A stretch of DNA of 64,000 nucleotides from Camelus dromedarius (lineage: Eukaryota). The position numbers and the translations under genes were made by a program. Positions within the stretch are counted from its first letter, which is position 1, and every line of letters starts with the position of its first letter. The stretch spans positions 3,162,001 to 3,226,000 of the forward strand of contig NC_087436.1 of the NCBI RefSeq assembly GCF_036321535.1. The letters run 5' to 3'. A model generated the notes under the pieces. The model saw only the letters and a program-made list of their open reading frames with translations, did no database searches and was not told the DNA's origin. Positions 38,601 through 52,500 of the stretch are shown one piece after another.

Positions 38601-40113
38601 ATCTTTGTCTTCCAAACAAGCTAGGTAAAGAACGGCTTTCACCCACACTTATCTCTCAGAACTGAGCATGTGGAGAGACGTTCGTTCATCTAGCACAAAT
38701 GAAACGGTTAGCAGGAGAAACTCTTACTTTCTTTTCCCAGTCTGTTTCCTAGTGCCGATTTGAAGTACCTGCAGTTTTCACTGTAAAACCGAATTGGAGC
38801 TAGTACCTACCCATATATATGTATGGATTGGAGTTTGCAAGTGAAAAGAATCTTTGTCTTCCAAACAAGCTAGGTAAAGAACGGCTTTCACACACAATTA
38901 TCTCTCAGAACTGAGCATGTGGAGAGACGTTCGTTCATCTAGCACAAAGGGAACGGGTTGCAGGAGAAACTTTTACTCTGGTTTCTCAGTCTGTTTCCTA
39001 GTGCCGGTTTGATGTTCCTGCAGTTCTCACTGTAAAACCGAGTTGGAGCTTGTACTTCCCCATAAATATGTATGGAGTGGAGTTTGCAACTGAAAAGAAA
39101 CTTTGTGTTCCCAACAAGCTAGGTGAATGACGGCTTTCACACACAATTATCTCTCAGAACTGAGCATGTGGAGAGACTTTCGTTCATCTAGTCAAAATGA
39201 ACGGGTTGCAGGAGAAACTTTCACTCTGGTTTCTCAGTCTGTTTCCTAGTGCCGGTTTTAAGTTCCTGCAGTTTTCACTGAGAATCCGATTTGGGGCTAG
39301 TACCTCCCCATATATATGTATGCAGTGGAGGATGCAACTGAAAAGAAACTTTCTGTTCCCAACATGCTAGGTGAAGGACGGCTTTCACACACACTTATCT
39401 CTCAGAAATGAGCATGTGGAGAGACTTTCGTTCATCTAGCCAAAATGAACGGGTTGCAGGAGAAAATTTCACTCTGGTTTCTCAGTCTGTTTCCTAGTGC
39501 CGGTTTCAAGTTCCTGCAGTTTTCACTGTAAAACCAGTTGGGTAATGTACCTCCCCGTATATATGTATGGAGTGGAGTTTGCAAATGAAAAAAACTTTGT
39601 GTTCCCAACAAGCTAGTTGAAGGACGGCTTTCACACATAATTATCTCTCAGAACTGAGCATGTGGAGAGACGTTCGTTCATCTAGCAAAAAGGGAACGGG
39701 TTGCAGGAGAAACTTTTACTCTGGTTTTACAGTCTGTTTCCTAGTGCCGTTTTGAATTTCCTGCAGTTTTCACTGAGAAACCGAGTTGGGGCTAGTACCT
39801 CCCCATATATATGTTTGGAGTGGAGTTTGCAACTGAAAAGAACTTTGTGTTCCCAACAAGTTAGGTGAAGGACGGCTTCCACACACACTTATCTCTCAGA
39901 ACTGAGCATGTGGGGAGACGTTCGTTCATCTAGCACAAAGGAAACGGTTTGCAGTAGAAAATTTTACTCTGGATTCTCAGTCTGTTTCCTAGTGCCGGTT
40001 TGATGTTCCTGCATTTTTCACTGTAAAACCGAGTTGGAGCTAATACCTCCCCATATATATGTATGGATTGGAGTTTGCGAGTGAAAAGACACTTTGTGTT
40101 CCCAACAAGCTAG
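32656..40113 (+). repeat. 30-monomer (7451-bp) tandem duplication, copy 1
   Basis: The rare variant TTACTTCTTAG occurs at 32687 and 40138. Matching pseudo-ORF pairs 33854/41305, 33969/41420 and 35339/42790 are all offset by 7451. Confidence 0.93.
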
Positions 40114-43100
40114 GTGAAGGACGGCTTTCACACACACTTACTTCTTAGAACTGAGCATGTGGAGAGACGTTCGTTCATCTCGCACAAAGGGAACAGTTTG
40201 CAGGAGAAACTTTTACTCTGGGTTCTTAGTCTGATTCCTCGTGCCGGTTGAAGTTCCTGCAGTTTTCACTGTAAAGCCGAGTTGGATCTAATACCTCCCC
40301 ATATAAATGTATGGAGTGGAGTTTTCATGTGTAAAGAAACTTTGTGTTCCCAACAAGCTAGATGAAGGACGTCTTTCACACACACACATATCTCTGAGAA
40401 CTGAGCATGTGGAGAGACGTTCGTTCATCTAGCACAAATGGAACTGTTTGTAGGCGAAACTTTTACTCTGGATTCTCAGTCTGTTTCCTAGTGCCGGTTT
40501 GAACTTCCTGCAGTTTTCACTGTAAAACGGAGTTGGAGCTAGTACCTCCCCATATATATGTATGGAGTGGAGTTTTCAAGTGAAAAGAAAGTTTGTGTTC
40601 CCCACAAGCTAGGTGAAGGACGTCTTTCACACACACTTATCTATCAGAACTGAGCATGTGGAGAGACGTTCGTTCATCTAGCACAAAGGGAACGGGTTGC
40701 AGGAGAAACTTTTACTCTGGTTTCTCAGTCTGTTTCCTAGTGCCGGTTTGAAGTTCCTGCAGTTTTCACTGTAAAACCGAGTTGGAGCTAGTACCTCCCC
40801 ATATATATGTATGCAGTGGAGTTTGCAAGTGAAAAGAAACTTTGTTTTCCCAACAAGCTAGGTGAAGGACGGCTTTCACACACACTTATCTCTCAGAACT
40901 GATCATGTATAGAGACGTTCGTTTTCTAGCACAAAGGAATCGGTTGCAGGAGAAACTTATACTCTGGTTTCTCTGTCTGTTTCCTAGTGCAGGTTTCAAT
41001 TTCCTGCAGTTTCATTGTAAAACTGAGTTGGAGATAGTACCTCCCCATATATACGTATGGAGTGGAGTTTGCACCTGAAAAGAAACTTTGTGTTCCCCAC
41101 AAGCTAGGTGAAGGCGTCTTTCACACACACTTATCTATCAGAACTGAGCATGTGGAGAGACGTTCGTTCATCTAGCACAAAGGGAACGGGTTGCAGGGGA
41201 AACTTTTACTCTGCTTTCTCAGTCTGTTTCCTAGTGCCGGTTTGAAGTTCCTGCAATTTTCACTGTAAAACAATTTTGAAGCAAGTACCTCCCCATATAT
41301 ATGTATGGATTCGTGTTTTCAAGTGAAAAGAAACTTTGTGTTCCCACCAAGCTATGTGAAGGACGGCTTCACACACACTTATCTCTCAGAACTGAGCATG
41401 TGGAGAGACGTTCGTTCATCTAGCACAAAGGGAACGGTGTGTAGAAGAAAATATTACTCTGGTTTCCCAGTCTGTTTCCTAGTGCCGGTTTGAAGTTCCT
41501 GCAGTTTTCACTGTAAAACCGAGTTGGAGCTAGTACCTCCCCATATATATGTATGGATTGGAGTTTGCAAGTGAAAAGAATCTTTTGGTTCCGAAAAGCT
41601 AGGTGAAGGACGGCTTTCACACACACGTATCTCTCAGAACTGAGCATGTTTAGAGACGTTCGTTCATCTAGCACAAAGAACGGGTTGCAGGAGAAACTTT
41701 TACTCTGGTTTCTCAGTCTGATTCCTAGTGCCGGTTTGAATTTCCTGCAGTTTTCACTGTAAAACCGAGTTGGAGATTGTACCTCCCCATATATATGTAT
41801 GGAGTGGAGTTTGCACCTTAAAAGAAACTTTGTGTTCCCAGCAAGATAGGTGAATTACGGCTTTCACACACACATATCTCTCAGAACTGAGCATGTGGAG
41901 AGACGTTCGTTCATCTAGCAAAAAGTAAACGGGTTGCTGGAGAAACTTTTACTCTGGTTTCTCAGTCTGTTTCCTAGTGCCGGTTTGAAGTTCCTGCAGT
42001 TTTCACTGTAAAACAGAGTTGGAGCTAGTACCTAACCATATATATGTATGGAGTGGAGTTTGCAAGTGAAAAGAAACTTTGTTTTCCCAACAAGCTAGGT
42101 GAAGGACGGCTTTCACACACACTTATCTCTCAGAACTGAGCATGTTTAGAGACGTTCGTTCATCTAGCACAAAGGAACGGGTTGCAGGAGAAACTTTTAC
42201 TCTGGTTTCTCAGTCTGTTTCTTAGTGCCGGTTTGAAGTTCATGCAGTTTTCACTGTAAAACCGAGTTGGAGCTAGTACCTCCCCATATATATGTATGGA
42301 GTGGAGTTTGCACCTGAAAAGAAACTTTGTGTTCCCAACAAGCTAGGAGAATTACGGCTTTCACACACACTTATTTCTCAGAACTGAGCATGTGGAGAGA
42401 CGTTCGTTCATCTAGCACAAATGGAACGGGTTGCAGTAGAAACTTTTACTCTGCTTTCTCACTCTGTTTCCTAGTGCCATTTTGAAGTTCCTGCAGTTTT
42501 CACTGTAAAACATAGTTGGAGCTAGTACCGCCCCATATATATGTATGGATTGGAGTTTGCAAGTGAAAAGAAACTTTGTGTTCCCAACAAGCTAGTTGAA
42601 GGACGGCTTTCACACACAACTATCTCTCAGAACTGAGCATGTGGAGAGACGATCGTTCATGTTTGACTAAAAAAAAGTGTTGCAGGATAAAATTTTACTC
42701 TGGTTTCTCAGTCTGTTTCCTAGTGCCGGTTTGAAGTTCCTGCAGTATTCACTGTAAAACCGAGTTGGAGCTAGTAACACCCCATATATATGTATGGAGT
42801 TGAGTTTGCAACTGAAAAGAAACTTTGTGTTCCCAACAAGCTAGGTGAAGGAGGCTTTCACACACACTTATCCCTAAAAACTGAGCATGTGGAGAGACGT
42901 TCGTTCATCAAGCACAAAGGGAACGGTTTGCAGGAGAAAATATTACTCTGGTTTCCCAGTCTGTTTCCTAGTGCCGGTTTGAAGTTCCTGCAGTTTTCAC
43001 TGTAAAACCGAGTTGGAGCTAGTACCTCCCCATATATATGTATGGATCGGAGTTTGCAAGTGAAAAGAATCTTTGTGTTCCGAAAAGCTAGGTGAAGGAC

Positions 43101-46100
43101 GGCTTTCACACACACTTATCTCTCAGAACTTAGCATGTGGAGAGACGTTCGTTCATCTAGCAAAAAGTAAACGGGTTGCAGGAGAAAATTTTACTCTGGC
43201 TTCTCAGTCTGTTTCCTAGTGCCGGTTTGAATTTCCTGCAGTTTTCACTGTAAAACCGTGTTAGAGCTTGTACCTCCCCATATATATGTATGGAGTGGAG
43301 TTTGCAACTGAAAAGAAACTTAGTGTTCCCAACAAGCTATGTGAAGGACGACTTTCACACACACTTATCTCACAGACTGAGCATGTGGAGAGACGATCGT
43401 TCATCTAGCCAAAAGGAACGGGTTGCAGGAGTAACTTTTACTCTGGTTTCTCAGAATGTTTCATAGTGCCGGTTTGAAGTTCCTGCAGTTTTCACTGTAA
43501 AACCGAGTTGGAACTAATACCTAACCATATATATGTATGGAGTGAATTTTGCAACTGAAAAGAAACTTTGTGCACCCAACAAGCTAGGTGAAGTACGACA
43601 TTCACACACACGTATCTCTCAGAACTGATCTTGTGGAGAGACGTTCGTTCATCTAGCAAAAAGGGAACGGGTTGCAGGAGAAATTTTTACTCTGGTTTCT
43701 CAGTCTGTTTCCTAGTGCCGGTATGAAGTTCCTGCAGTTTTCACTGTTAAACCGAGTTGTGGCTTGTACCTCCCCATATATATGTATGGAGTGGAGTTTG
43801 CAAATGAAAAGAAATTTTGTGTTCCCAACAAGCTAAGTGAAGGTCGACTTTCACACACATCTATCTCTCAGAACTGAGCATGTGGAGAGACGTTCGTTCA
43901 TCTAGCACAAATGGAACGGGTTGCAGTAGAAACTTTTACTCTGCTTTCTCACTCTGTTTCCTAGTGCCATTTTGAAGTTCCTGCAGTTTTCACTGTAAAA
44001 CATAGTTGGAGCTAGTACCGCCCCATATATATGTATGGATTGGAGTTTGCAAGTGAAAAGAAACTTTGTGTTCCCAACAAGCTAGTTGAAGGACGGCTTT
44101 CACACACAACTATCTCTCAGAACTGAGCATGTGGAGAGACGATCGTTCATGTTTGACTAAAAAAAAGTGTTGCAGGATAAAATTTTACTCTGGTTTCTCA
44201 GTCTGTTTCCTAGTGCCGGTTTGAAGTTCCTGCAGTATTCACTGTAAAACCGAGTTGGAGCTAGTAACACCCCATATATATGTATGGAGTTGAGTTTGCA
44301 ACTGAAAAGAAACTTTGTGTTCCCAACAAGCTAGGTGAAGGAGGCTTTCACACACACTTATCCCTAAAAACTGAGCATGTGGAGAGACGTTCGTTCATCA
44401 AGCACAAAGGGAACGGTTTGCAGGAGAAAATATTACTCTGGTTTCCCAGTCTGTTTCCTAGTGCCGGTTTGAAGTTCCTGCAGTTTTCACTGTAAAACCG
44501 AGTTGGAGCTAGTACCTCCCCATATATATGTATGGATCGGAGTTTGCAAGTGAAAAGAATCTTTGTGTTCCGAAAAGCTAGGTGAAGGACGGCTTTCACA
44601 CACACTTATCTCTCAGAACTTAGCATGTGGAGAGACGTTCGTTCATCTAGCAAAAAGTAAACGGGTTGCAGGAGAAAATTTTACTCTGGCTTCTCAGTCT
44701 GTTTCCTAGTGCCGGTTTGAATTTCCTGCAGTTTTCACTGTAAAACCGTGTTAGAGCTTGTACCTCCCCATATATATGTATGGAGTGGAGTTTGCAACTG
44801 AAAAGAAACTTAGTGTTCCCAACAAGCTATGTGAAGGACGACTTTCACACACACTTATCTCACAGACTGAGCATGTGGAGAGACGATCGTTCATCTAGCC
44901 AAAAGGAACGGGTTGCAGGAGTAACTTTTACTCTGGTTTCTCAGAATGTTTCATAGTGCCGGTTTGAAGTTCCTGCAGTTTTCACTGTAAAACCGAGTTG
45001 GAACTAATACCTAACCATATATATGTATGGAGTGAATTTTGCAACTGAAAAGAAACTTTGTGCACCCAACAAGCTAGGTGAAGTACGACATTCACACACA
45101 CGTATCTCTCAGAACTGATCTTGTGGAGATACGTTCGTTCATCTAGCACAAAGGGAACGGGTTGCAGGAGAAATTTTTACTCTGGTTTCTCAGTCTGTTT
45201 CCTAGTGCCGGTATGAAGTTCCTGCAGTTTTCACTGTTAAACCGAGTTGTGGCTTGTACCTCCCCATATATATGTATGGAGTGGAGTTTGCAAATGAAAA
45301 GAAATTTTGTGTTCCCAACAAGCTAAGTGAAGGTCGACTTTCACACACATCTATCTCTCAGAACTGAGCATGTGGAGAGACGTTCGTTCATCTAGCACAA
45401 AGGGAAGGAGTTGCAGGAGAATCTTTTACTCTGGCTTCTCAGTCTGTTTCCTAGTGCCGGGTTGAAGTTCCTGCAGTTTTCACTGTAAAAGCGAGTTGGG
45501 GCTTGTACCAAACCCTTAAATATTTATGGAGTGGAGTTTGCAACTGAAAAGAAATTTTGTGTTCCCAACAAGCGAGGTGAAGGATGGCTTTCACACACAC
45601 ATATCTCTCAGAACTGAGCATGTGGAGAGACGTTCCTTAATCTAGCACAAAGGGAACGGGTTGCAGGAGAAACTTTTCGTCTGGATTCTCAGTCTGTTTC
45701 CTAGTGCCGGTTTGAAGTTCCTGCAGTTTTCACTGTAAAACCGAGTTGGAGATAGTACTTCCCCATAAATATGTATGGAATTGAGTTTGCAGCTGAAAAG
45801 ATACTTTGTGTTCCCAAAAACATAGGTGAAGAGCGGCTTTCACACACACTTATCTCTCAGAACTGAGCATGTGGAGAGACGATCGTTCATCTAGCCAAAA
45901 GGAACGGGTTGCAGGAGAAACTTTTACTCTGGTTTCTCAGACTGTTTCCTAGTGCCGGTTTGAAGTTCCTGCAGTTTTCACTGTAAAACCGAGGTGGAGC
46001 TAGTACCTAACCATATATAAGTATGGAGTGGAGTTTGCAAATGAAAGTAAACTTTGTGTTCCCAACAAGCTAGGTGAAGGACGGCTTTCACACACACTTA

Positions 46101-49054
46101 TCTCTCAGGACTGAGCATGTGGAGAAACGTTCGTTCATCTAGCACAAAGGAAACGGTTTGCAGTAGAAAACTTTACTCCGGTTTCTCAGGCTGTTTCCTA
46201 GTGCCGGTTTGAAGTTCCTGCATTTTTCACTGTAAAACGGAGTTGGAGCTAGTACCTCCCCATATATATGGATGGAGTGGAGTTGCAAATGAAAAGAAAC
46301 TTTGTGTTCCCAACAAGCTAGGTGAAGGATGGCTTTCACACACACTTATCTCTCAGGACTGAGCATGTGGAGAGACGATCGTTCATCTAGCCAAAATGAA
46401 CGGGTTGCAGGAGAAACTTTTACTCTGGTTTCTCAGACTGTTTCCTAGTGCCGGTTTTAAGTTCCTGCAGTTTTCACTGTAAAACCGAGTTGGAGCTAGT
46501 ACCTAACCATATATATGTATGGAGTGAAGTTTGCAACTGAAAAGAAACTTTGTGTACCCAACAAGCTAGGTGAAGTACGACATTGACACACACATATCTC
46601 TCAGATCTGAGCATGTGGAACGACGTTCATTCATCTAGCACAAAGGGAAAAGTTTGCCAGAGAAACTTTTACTCTGGTTTCTCAGTCTGTTTCCTAGTGC
46701 CGGTTTGAAGTTCCTGCAGTTTTAACTGTAAAACCGAGTTGTGGCTTGTACCTCCCCATATATATGTCTGGAGTGGAGTTTGCAAATGAAAATAAACTTT
46801 GTGTTCCCAACAAGCTAGGTGAAGGACGGCTTTCACACACACTTATCTCTCAGGACTGAGCATGTGGAGAAACGTTCGTTCATCTAGCACAAAGGAAACG
46901 GTTTGCAGTAGAAAACTTTACTCTGGTTTCTCAGGCTGTTTCCTAGTGCCGGTTTGAAGTTCCTGCATTTTTCACTGTAAAACGGAGTTGGAGCTAGTAC
47001 CTCCCCATATATATGGATGGAGTGGATTTTGCAAGTGAAAAGAAACTTTGTGTACCCAACAAGCAAGGTGAAGGGTGGCTTTCACACACACTTATCTCCC
47101 AGAAATGAGCATGTGGAGAGAAGTTCGTTCATCTAGCACAAAGGGAACGGGTTGCAGGAGAAAATTTTACAGTGGTTTCTCAGTCTGTTTCGTAGTGCCG
47201 GTTTGAAGTTCCTGCAGTTTTCACTGTAAAACCTATTTGGGGCTAGTAGCTCCCCATAAATATGTATGGAGTGGAGTTTGCATCTGAAAAGAATCTTTGT
47301 GTTCCTAACAAGCTCGGTGAAGGACGGCTTTCACACACACTTATCTCTCAGGACTGAGCATGTGGAGAGACGTTCGTTCATCTAGGAAATAGGAAACGGG
47401 TTGCAGGAGAAAATTTTACTCTAGTTTCTCAGTCTGTTTCCTAGTGCCGGTTTGAAGTTCCTGAAGATTTCACTGTAAAACCGAGTTGGAGCTAGTACCT
47501 ACCCATATATATGTATGGATTGGAGTTTGCAAGTGAAAAGAATCTTTGTCTTCCAAACAAGCTAGGTAAAGAACGGCTTTCACCCACACTTATCTCTCAG
47601 AACTGAGCATGTGGAGAGACGTTCGTTCATCTAGCACAAATGAAACGGTTAGCAGGAGAAACTCTTACTTTCTTTTCCCAGTCTGTTTCCTAGTGCCGAT
47701 TTGAAGTACCTGCAGTTTTCACTGTAAAACCGAATTGGAGCTAGTACCTACCCATATATATGTATGGATTGGAGTTTGCAAGTGAAAAGAATCTTTGTCT
47801 TCCAAACAAGCTAGGTAAAGAACGGCTTTCACACACAATTATCTCTCAGAACTGAGCATGTGGAGAGACGTTCGTTCATCTAGCACAAAGGGAACGGGTT
47901 GCAGGAGAAACTTTTACTCTGGTTTCTCAGTCTGTTTCCTAGTGCCGGTTTGATGTTCCTGCAGTTCTCACTGTAAAACCGAGTTGGAGCTTGTACTTCC
48001 CCATAAATATGTATGGAGTGGAGTTTGCAACTGAAAAGAAACTTTGTGTTCCCAACAAGCTAGGTGAATGACGGCTTTCACACACAATTATCTCTCAGAA
48101 CTGAGCATGTGGAGAGACTTTCGTTCATCTAGTCAAAATGAACGGGTTGCAGGAGAAACTTTCACTCTGGTTTCTCAGTCTGTTTCCTAGTGCCGGTTTT
48201 AAGTTCCTGCAGTTTTCACTGAGAATCCGATTTGGGGCTAGTACCTCCCCATATATATGTATGCAGTGGAGGATGCAACTGAAAAGAAACTTTCTGTTCC
48301 CAACATGCTAGGTGAAGGACGGCTTTCACACACACTTATCTCTCAGAAATGAGCATGTGGAGAGACTTTCGTTCATCTAGCCAAAATGAACGGGTTGCAG
48401 GAGAAAATTTCACTCTGGTTTCTCAGTCTGTTTCCTAGTGCCGGTTTCAAGTTCCTGCAGTTTTCACTGTAAAACCAGTTGGGTAATGTACCTCCCCGTA
48501 TATATGTATGGAGTGGAGTTTGCAAATGAAAAAAACTTTGTGTTCCCAACAAGCTAGTTGAAGGACGGCTTTCACACATAATTATCTCTCAGAACTGAGC
48601 ATGTGGAGAGACGTTCGTTCATCTAGCAAAAAGGGAACGGGTTGCAGGAGAAACTTTTACTCTGGTTTTACAGTCTGTTTCCTAGTGCCGTTTTGAATTT
48701 CCTGCAGTTTTCACTGAGAAACCGAGTTGGGGCTAGTACCTCCCCATATATATGTTTGGAGTGGAGTTTGCAACTGAAAAGAACTTTGTGTTCCCAACAA
48801 GTTAGGTGAAGGACGGCTTCCACACACACTTATCTCTCAGAACTGAGCATGTGGGGAGACGTTCGTTCATCTAGCACAAAGGAAACGGTTTGCAGTAGAA
48901 AATTTTACTCTGGATTCTCAGTCTGTTTCCTAGTGCCGGTTTGATGTTCCTGCATTTTTCACTGTAAAACCGAGTTGGAGCTAATACCTCCCCATATATA
49001 TGTATGGATTGGAGTTTGCGAGTGAAAAGACACTTTGTGTTCCCAACAAGCTAG
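40107..49054 (+). repeat. Copy 2 of the 30-mer, expanded to 36 monomers (8941 bp) by an internal 6-mer duplication
   Basis: The offset to copy 1 is 7451 before the internal duplication and 8941 after it (ORF pairs 37198/46139, 37943/46884, 39432/48373). 8941-7451=1490. Confidence 0.93.
42376..45401 (+). repeat. 6-monomer (1490-bp) tandem duplication nested within the 36-mer
   Basis: GTTTGACTAAAAAAAAGTG occurs at 42661 and 44151. ORF pairs 42790/44280 and 42858/44348 are offset by 1490. Confidence 0.93.
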
Positions 49055-49520
49055 TTGAAGAATGGCTTTCACACGCACTTATCTCTCAGAACTGAGCATG
49101 TGGAGAGACGTTCGTTCATCTAGCACAAAGGGAACGGGTTGCAGGAGAAAATTTTACTGTGATTTCTCAGTCTGTTTCGTAGTGCCGGTATGAAGTTCCT
49201 GCAGTTTTCACTGTAAAACCGAGTTCGAGCTAGTACCTCCCCATAAATATGTATGGAGTGGAGTTTGCAACTGAAAAGAAACTTTGTGTTCCCAACAAGC
49301 TATGTGAAGGGCGGCTTTCACACACAATTATCCCTCAGAACTGAGCATGTGGAGAAACGTTCGTTCATCTAGCACAAAGGAAATGGTTTGCAGTAGAAAA
49401 CTTTACTCTGGTTTCTCAGGCTGTTTCCTAGTGCCGGTTTGAATTTCCTGCATTTTTCACTGTAAAACCGAGTTGGAGCTAGTACCTCCCCATATATATG
49501 GATGGAGTGGAGTTTGCAAA

Positions 49521-52500
49521 TGAAAAGAAACTTTGTGTTCCCAACAAGCTAGGTGAAGGATGGCTTTCACACACACTTATCTCCCAGAAATGAGCATGTG
49601 GAGAGACGATCGTTCATCTAGCCAAAAGAATGGGTTGCAGGAGAAACTTTTACTCTGGTTTCTCAGACTGTTTCCTAGTGCCGGTTTGAAGTTCCTGCAG
49701 TTTTCACTGTAAAACCGATTTGGAGCTAGTACCTAACCATATATATGTATGGAGTGAAGATTGAAACTGAAAAGAAGCTTTGTGTACCCTACAAGCTAGG
49801 TGAAGTACGACATTCACACACACATATCTCTCAGATCTGAGCATGTGGAGAGACGTTCATTCATCTAGCACAAAGGGAACAGTTTGCCGGAGAAACTTTT
49901 ACTCTGGTTTCTCAGTCTGTTTCCTAGTGCCGGTTTGAAGTTCCTGCAGCTTTCACTGTAAAACCGAGTTGTGGCTTGTACCTCCCCATATATATGTATG
50001 GAGTGGAGTTTGCAAATGAAAATAAACTTTGTGTTCCCAACAAGCTAGGTGAAGGACGGCTTTCACACACACTTATCTCTCAGGACTGAGCATGTGGAGA
50101 TACGTTCGTTCATCTAGCACAAAGGAAACGGTTTGCAGTAGAAAACTTTACTCTGGTTTCTCAGGCTGTTTCCTAGTGCCGGTTTGAAGTTCCTGCATTT
50201 TTCACTGTAAAACGGAGTTGGAGCTAGTACCTCCCCATATATATGGATGGAGTGGAGTTTGCAAATGAAAAGAAACTTTGTGTTCCCAACAAGCTAGGTG
50301 AAGGATGGCTTTCACACACACTTATCTCCCAGAAATGAGCATGTGGAGAGACGTTCGTTCATCTAGCACAAAGGGAACGTGTTGCAGGAGAAAATTTTAC
50401 AGTGGTTTCTCAGTCTGTTTTGTAGTGCCGGTTTGAAGTTCCTGCAGTTTTCACTGTAAAACCTAGTTGGGGCTAGTAGCTCCCCATAAATATGTATGGA
50501 GTGGAGTTTGCATCTGAAAAGAATCTTTGTGTTCCTAACAAGCTAGGTGAAGGACGGCTTTCACACACAATTATCTCTCAGAACTGAGCATGTGGAGAGA
50601 CGATCGTTCATCTAGTCAAAATGAACGGGTTGCAGGAGAAACTTTCACTCTGGTTTCTCAGTCTGTTTCCTAGTGCCGGTTTTAAGTTCCTGCAGTTTTC
50701 ACTGAGAATCCGAGTTGGGGCTAGTACCTCCCCATATATATGTATGGAGTGGAGGATGCAACTGAAAAGAAACTTTGTGTTCCCCACATGCTAGGTGAAG
50801 GACGGCTTTCACACACACTTATCTCTCAGAAATGAACATGTGGAGAGACTTTCGTTCATCTAGCCAAAATGAACGGGTTGCAGGAGAAACTTTCACTCTG
50901 GTTTCTCAGTCTATTTCCTAGTGCCGGTTTCAAGTTCCTGCAGTTTTCACTGTAAAACCAGTTGGGTAATGTACCTCCCAGTATATATGTATGGAGTGGA
51001 GTTTGCAAATGAAAAAACTTTGTGTTCCCAACAAGCTAGTTGAAGGACGTCTTTCACACACACTTATCTCTCAGAACTGAGCATGTGGAGAGACGTTCGT
51101 TCATCTAGCACAAAGGGAACGGGTTGCAGGAGAAAATTTTACTGTGATTTCTCAGTCTGTTTCGTAGTGCCGGTATGAAGTTCCTGCAGTTTTCACTGTA
51201 AAACCGAGTTCGGGCTAGTACCTACCCATAAATATGTATGGAGTGGAGTTTGCAACTGAAAAGAAAATTTGTGTTCCCAACAAGCTAGGTGAAGGATGGC
51301 TGTCATACACACTTATCTCCCAGAAATGAGCATGTGGAGAGACGTTCGTTCATCTAGCACAAAGGGAACGGGTTGCAGGAGAAAATTTTTCAGTGGTTTC
51401 TCAGTCTGTTTCGTAGTGCCGGTTTGAAGTTCCTGCAGTTTTCACTGTAAAACCTAGTTGGAGCTAGTAGCTCCCCATAAATATGTATGGAGTGGAGTTT
51501 GCATCTGAAAAGAATCTTTGTGTTCCTAACAAGCTAGGTGAAGGACGGCTTTCACACACACTTATCTCTCAGGACTGAGCATGTGGAGAGACGATCGTTC
51601 ATCTAGCCAAAAGGAACGGGTTGCAGGAGAAACTTTTACTCTGGTTTCTCAGACTGTTTCCTAGTGCCGGTTTGAAGTTCCTGCAGTTTTCACTGTAAAA
51701 CCGAGTTGGAGCTAGTACCTAACCATATATATGTATGGAGTGAAGTTTGCAACTGAAAAGAAACTTTGTGTACCCAACAAGCTAGGTGAAGTACGACATT
51801 CACACACACATATCTCTCAGATATGAGCATGTGGAGAGAAGTTCATTCATCTAGCACAAAGGGAACAGTTTGCCGGAGAAACTTTTACTCTGGTTTCTCA
51901 GTCTGTTTCCTAGTGCCGGTTTGAAGTTACTGCAGTTTTAACTGTAAAACCGAGTTGTGGCTTGTACCTCCCCATATATATGTATGGAGTGGAGTTTGCA
52001 AATGAAAATAAACTTTGTGTTCCCAACAAGCTAGGTGAAGGACGGCTTTCACACACACTTATCACTCAGGACAGAGCACATGGAGAAACGTTCGTTCATC
52101 TAGCACAAAGGAAACGGTTTGCAGTAGAAAACTTTACTCTGGTTTCTCAGGCTGTTTCCTAGTGCCGGTTTGAAGTTCCTGCATTTTTCACTGTAAAACG
52201 GAGTTGGAGCTAGTACCTCCCCATATATATGGATGGAGTGGAGTTTGCAAGTGAAAAGAAACTTTGTGTTCCCAACAAGCTAGGTGAAGGATGGCTTTCA
52301 CACACACTTATCTCCCAGAAATGAGCATGTGGAGAGACGATCGTTCATCTAGCCAAAAGAATGGGTTGCAGGAGAAACTTTTACTCTGGTTTCTCAGACT
52401 GTTTCCTAGTGCCGGTTTGAAGTTCCTGCAGTTTTCACTGTAAAACCGATTTGGAGCTAGTACCTAACCATATATATGTATGGAGTGAAGTTTGAAACTG

